A stretch of DNA of 34,348 bases, from contig JAPEUD010000085.1 of assembly GCA_026026165.1 (NCBI GenBank), positions 62,001 to 96,348 of the forward strand, in the 5' to 3' direction. How positions within the stretch are numbered: the stretch's first letter is position 1; every line of letters starts with the position of its first letter. Shown one piece after another: positions 33,726 to 34,348 of the stretch. The notes beneath the pieces were generated by a model. It searched no databases, had not been told where the DNA came from, and was given only the letters and a program-made list of their open reading frames with translations. The translations under genes were made by a program, and so were the position numbers. The DNA comes from Sarea resinae. Taxonomy: Eukaryota.

Positions 33726-34222
33726 CTAACTTTTAGTATATATAAAACTCTCTTTCCTTCTCTTTTTTCTCTCTCTCTTTATCCTAAGCAGCCTTATAAG
33801 TGCAACACTATAGCTTAAGTAACTCTTACCTACCTAGCCGCATTGCACTAGCTGAAGACACTGTCTTCTCGTTGATTTTCGCCGATCTTCGCCTCTTTAA
33901 GGCATCGAACTGAGCCCTAAGCGAGAATCGACAGTGTTTTCGCGACAGTGTTTTTGCGCCTGTCGAAAAGCGCCCTCTGCCCACCGACCCAACCACCTTG
34001 ATAGCTGCCTTGATCCTCGCCCGCGCGCCCGCCCTCTGTTCGTTCGATCGCTGGCCTGCCAGCGTCGATTTCCCACCCTTAGGGTTGCCCTGTCCCTTAG
34101 GGTTACTTAGGGTTCGAGGTATTGAGAGAGGTGATTGCGGCCAGCCGAGGCAGACCAACAGCGCACTTCGCCCCTGGCGCCCGCGCAGCGCTCTAAGGAA
34201 AGGAGAAGGCTTGCTTGCGTCT

Positions 34223-34348
34223 GGGTTAGGGTTAGGGTTAGGGTTAGGGTTAGGGTTAGGGTTAGGGTTAGGGTTAGGGTTAGGGTTAGGGTTAGGGTTA
34301 GGGTTAGGGTTAGGGTTAGGGTTAGGGTTAGGGTTAGGGTTAGGGTTA
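34223..34348 (+). repeat. Telomere, (TTAGGG)n
   Basis: 126 nt of perfect GGGTTA (21 units) running to the end of the window, G-rich strand oriented 5'->3' toward the end. Confidence 0.99.

Larger units (their letters stand above)
29353..34222 (+). mobile_element. RIP-inactivated subtelomeric repeat/putative mobile element carrying one large degenerate ORF
   Basis: About 29480-33830 is extremely AT/TpA-rich with no ORF of 60 aa or more, the hallmark of RIP acting on a duplicated sequence. It is bounded by GC-rich caps (29353-29470 and 33830-34222). Mobility is inferred, not shown. Confidence 0.6.

Noticed and set aside
29480..33830. RIP block as a telomere-linked RecQ helicase, MoTeR/LINE or LTR retrotransposon
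   Set aside because: No Walker A/DEAH, YADD/YxDD, integrase or gag zinc-knuckle remnants were recognisable in the + strand reading, and there is no LTR pair. The recoverable motifs belong to another family.
33826..34158. 110-aa minus-strand ORF next to the telomere
   Set aside because: Non-ATG start, NPKG repeats simply translate the telomere-like seeds, and there is no domain.

Overview
Right-hand chromosome end of a filamentous ascomycete (Pezizomycotina). The evidence is short GT-AG introns with CTRAC/CTAAT branch sites, patches of RIP-type TpA-rich decay, and 21 terminal GGGTTA telomere units at 34223-34348. From left to right the window holds: the 3' end of a GH51 alpha-L-arabinofuranosidase; an APH/choline-kinase-like phosphotransferase; a small HW...C fungal protein; a tiny spliced Cys/His-rich gene; a second APH-like gene; an MFS monocarboxylate-type transporter converging on an intronless bacterial-luciferase-like monooxygenase; a compact intronless trio (GT32 Och1-like mannosyltransferase, Acyl_transf_3 O-acyltransferase, and a type II membrane protein with GT91/GH130-like motifs); a frameshifted DUF7587-like gene with R-S-E spacing; an acid sphingomyelinase; a protein with a HEPN-like RxxxxH motif; and a third APH-like gene. 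The last ~5 kb is a heavily RIP-mutated unit. Reversing C>T/G>A changes by eye recovers a roughly 1100-codon ORF that begins with an AT-hook and belongs to an uncharacterised fungal family. The unit is bracketed by GC-rich palindromes, tandem repeats and outward-facing telomere-like motifs. The best candidates for undescribed biology are this telomere-terminal element and the three-gene glycan-modification cluster. All family assignments come from motif recognition, not database searches.
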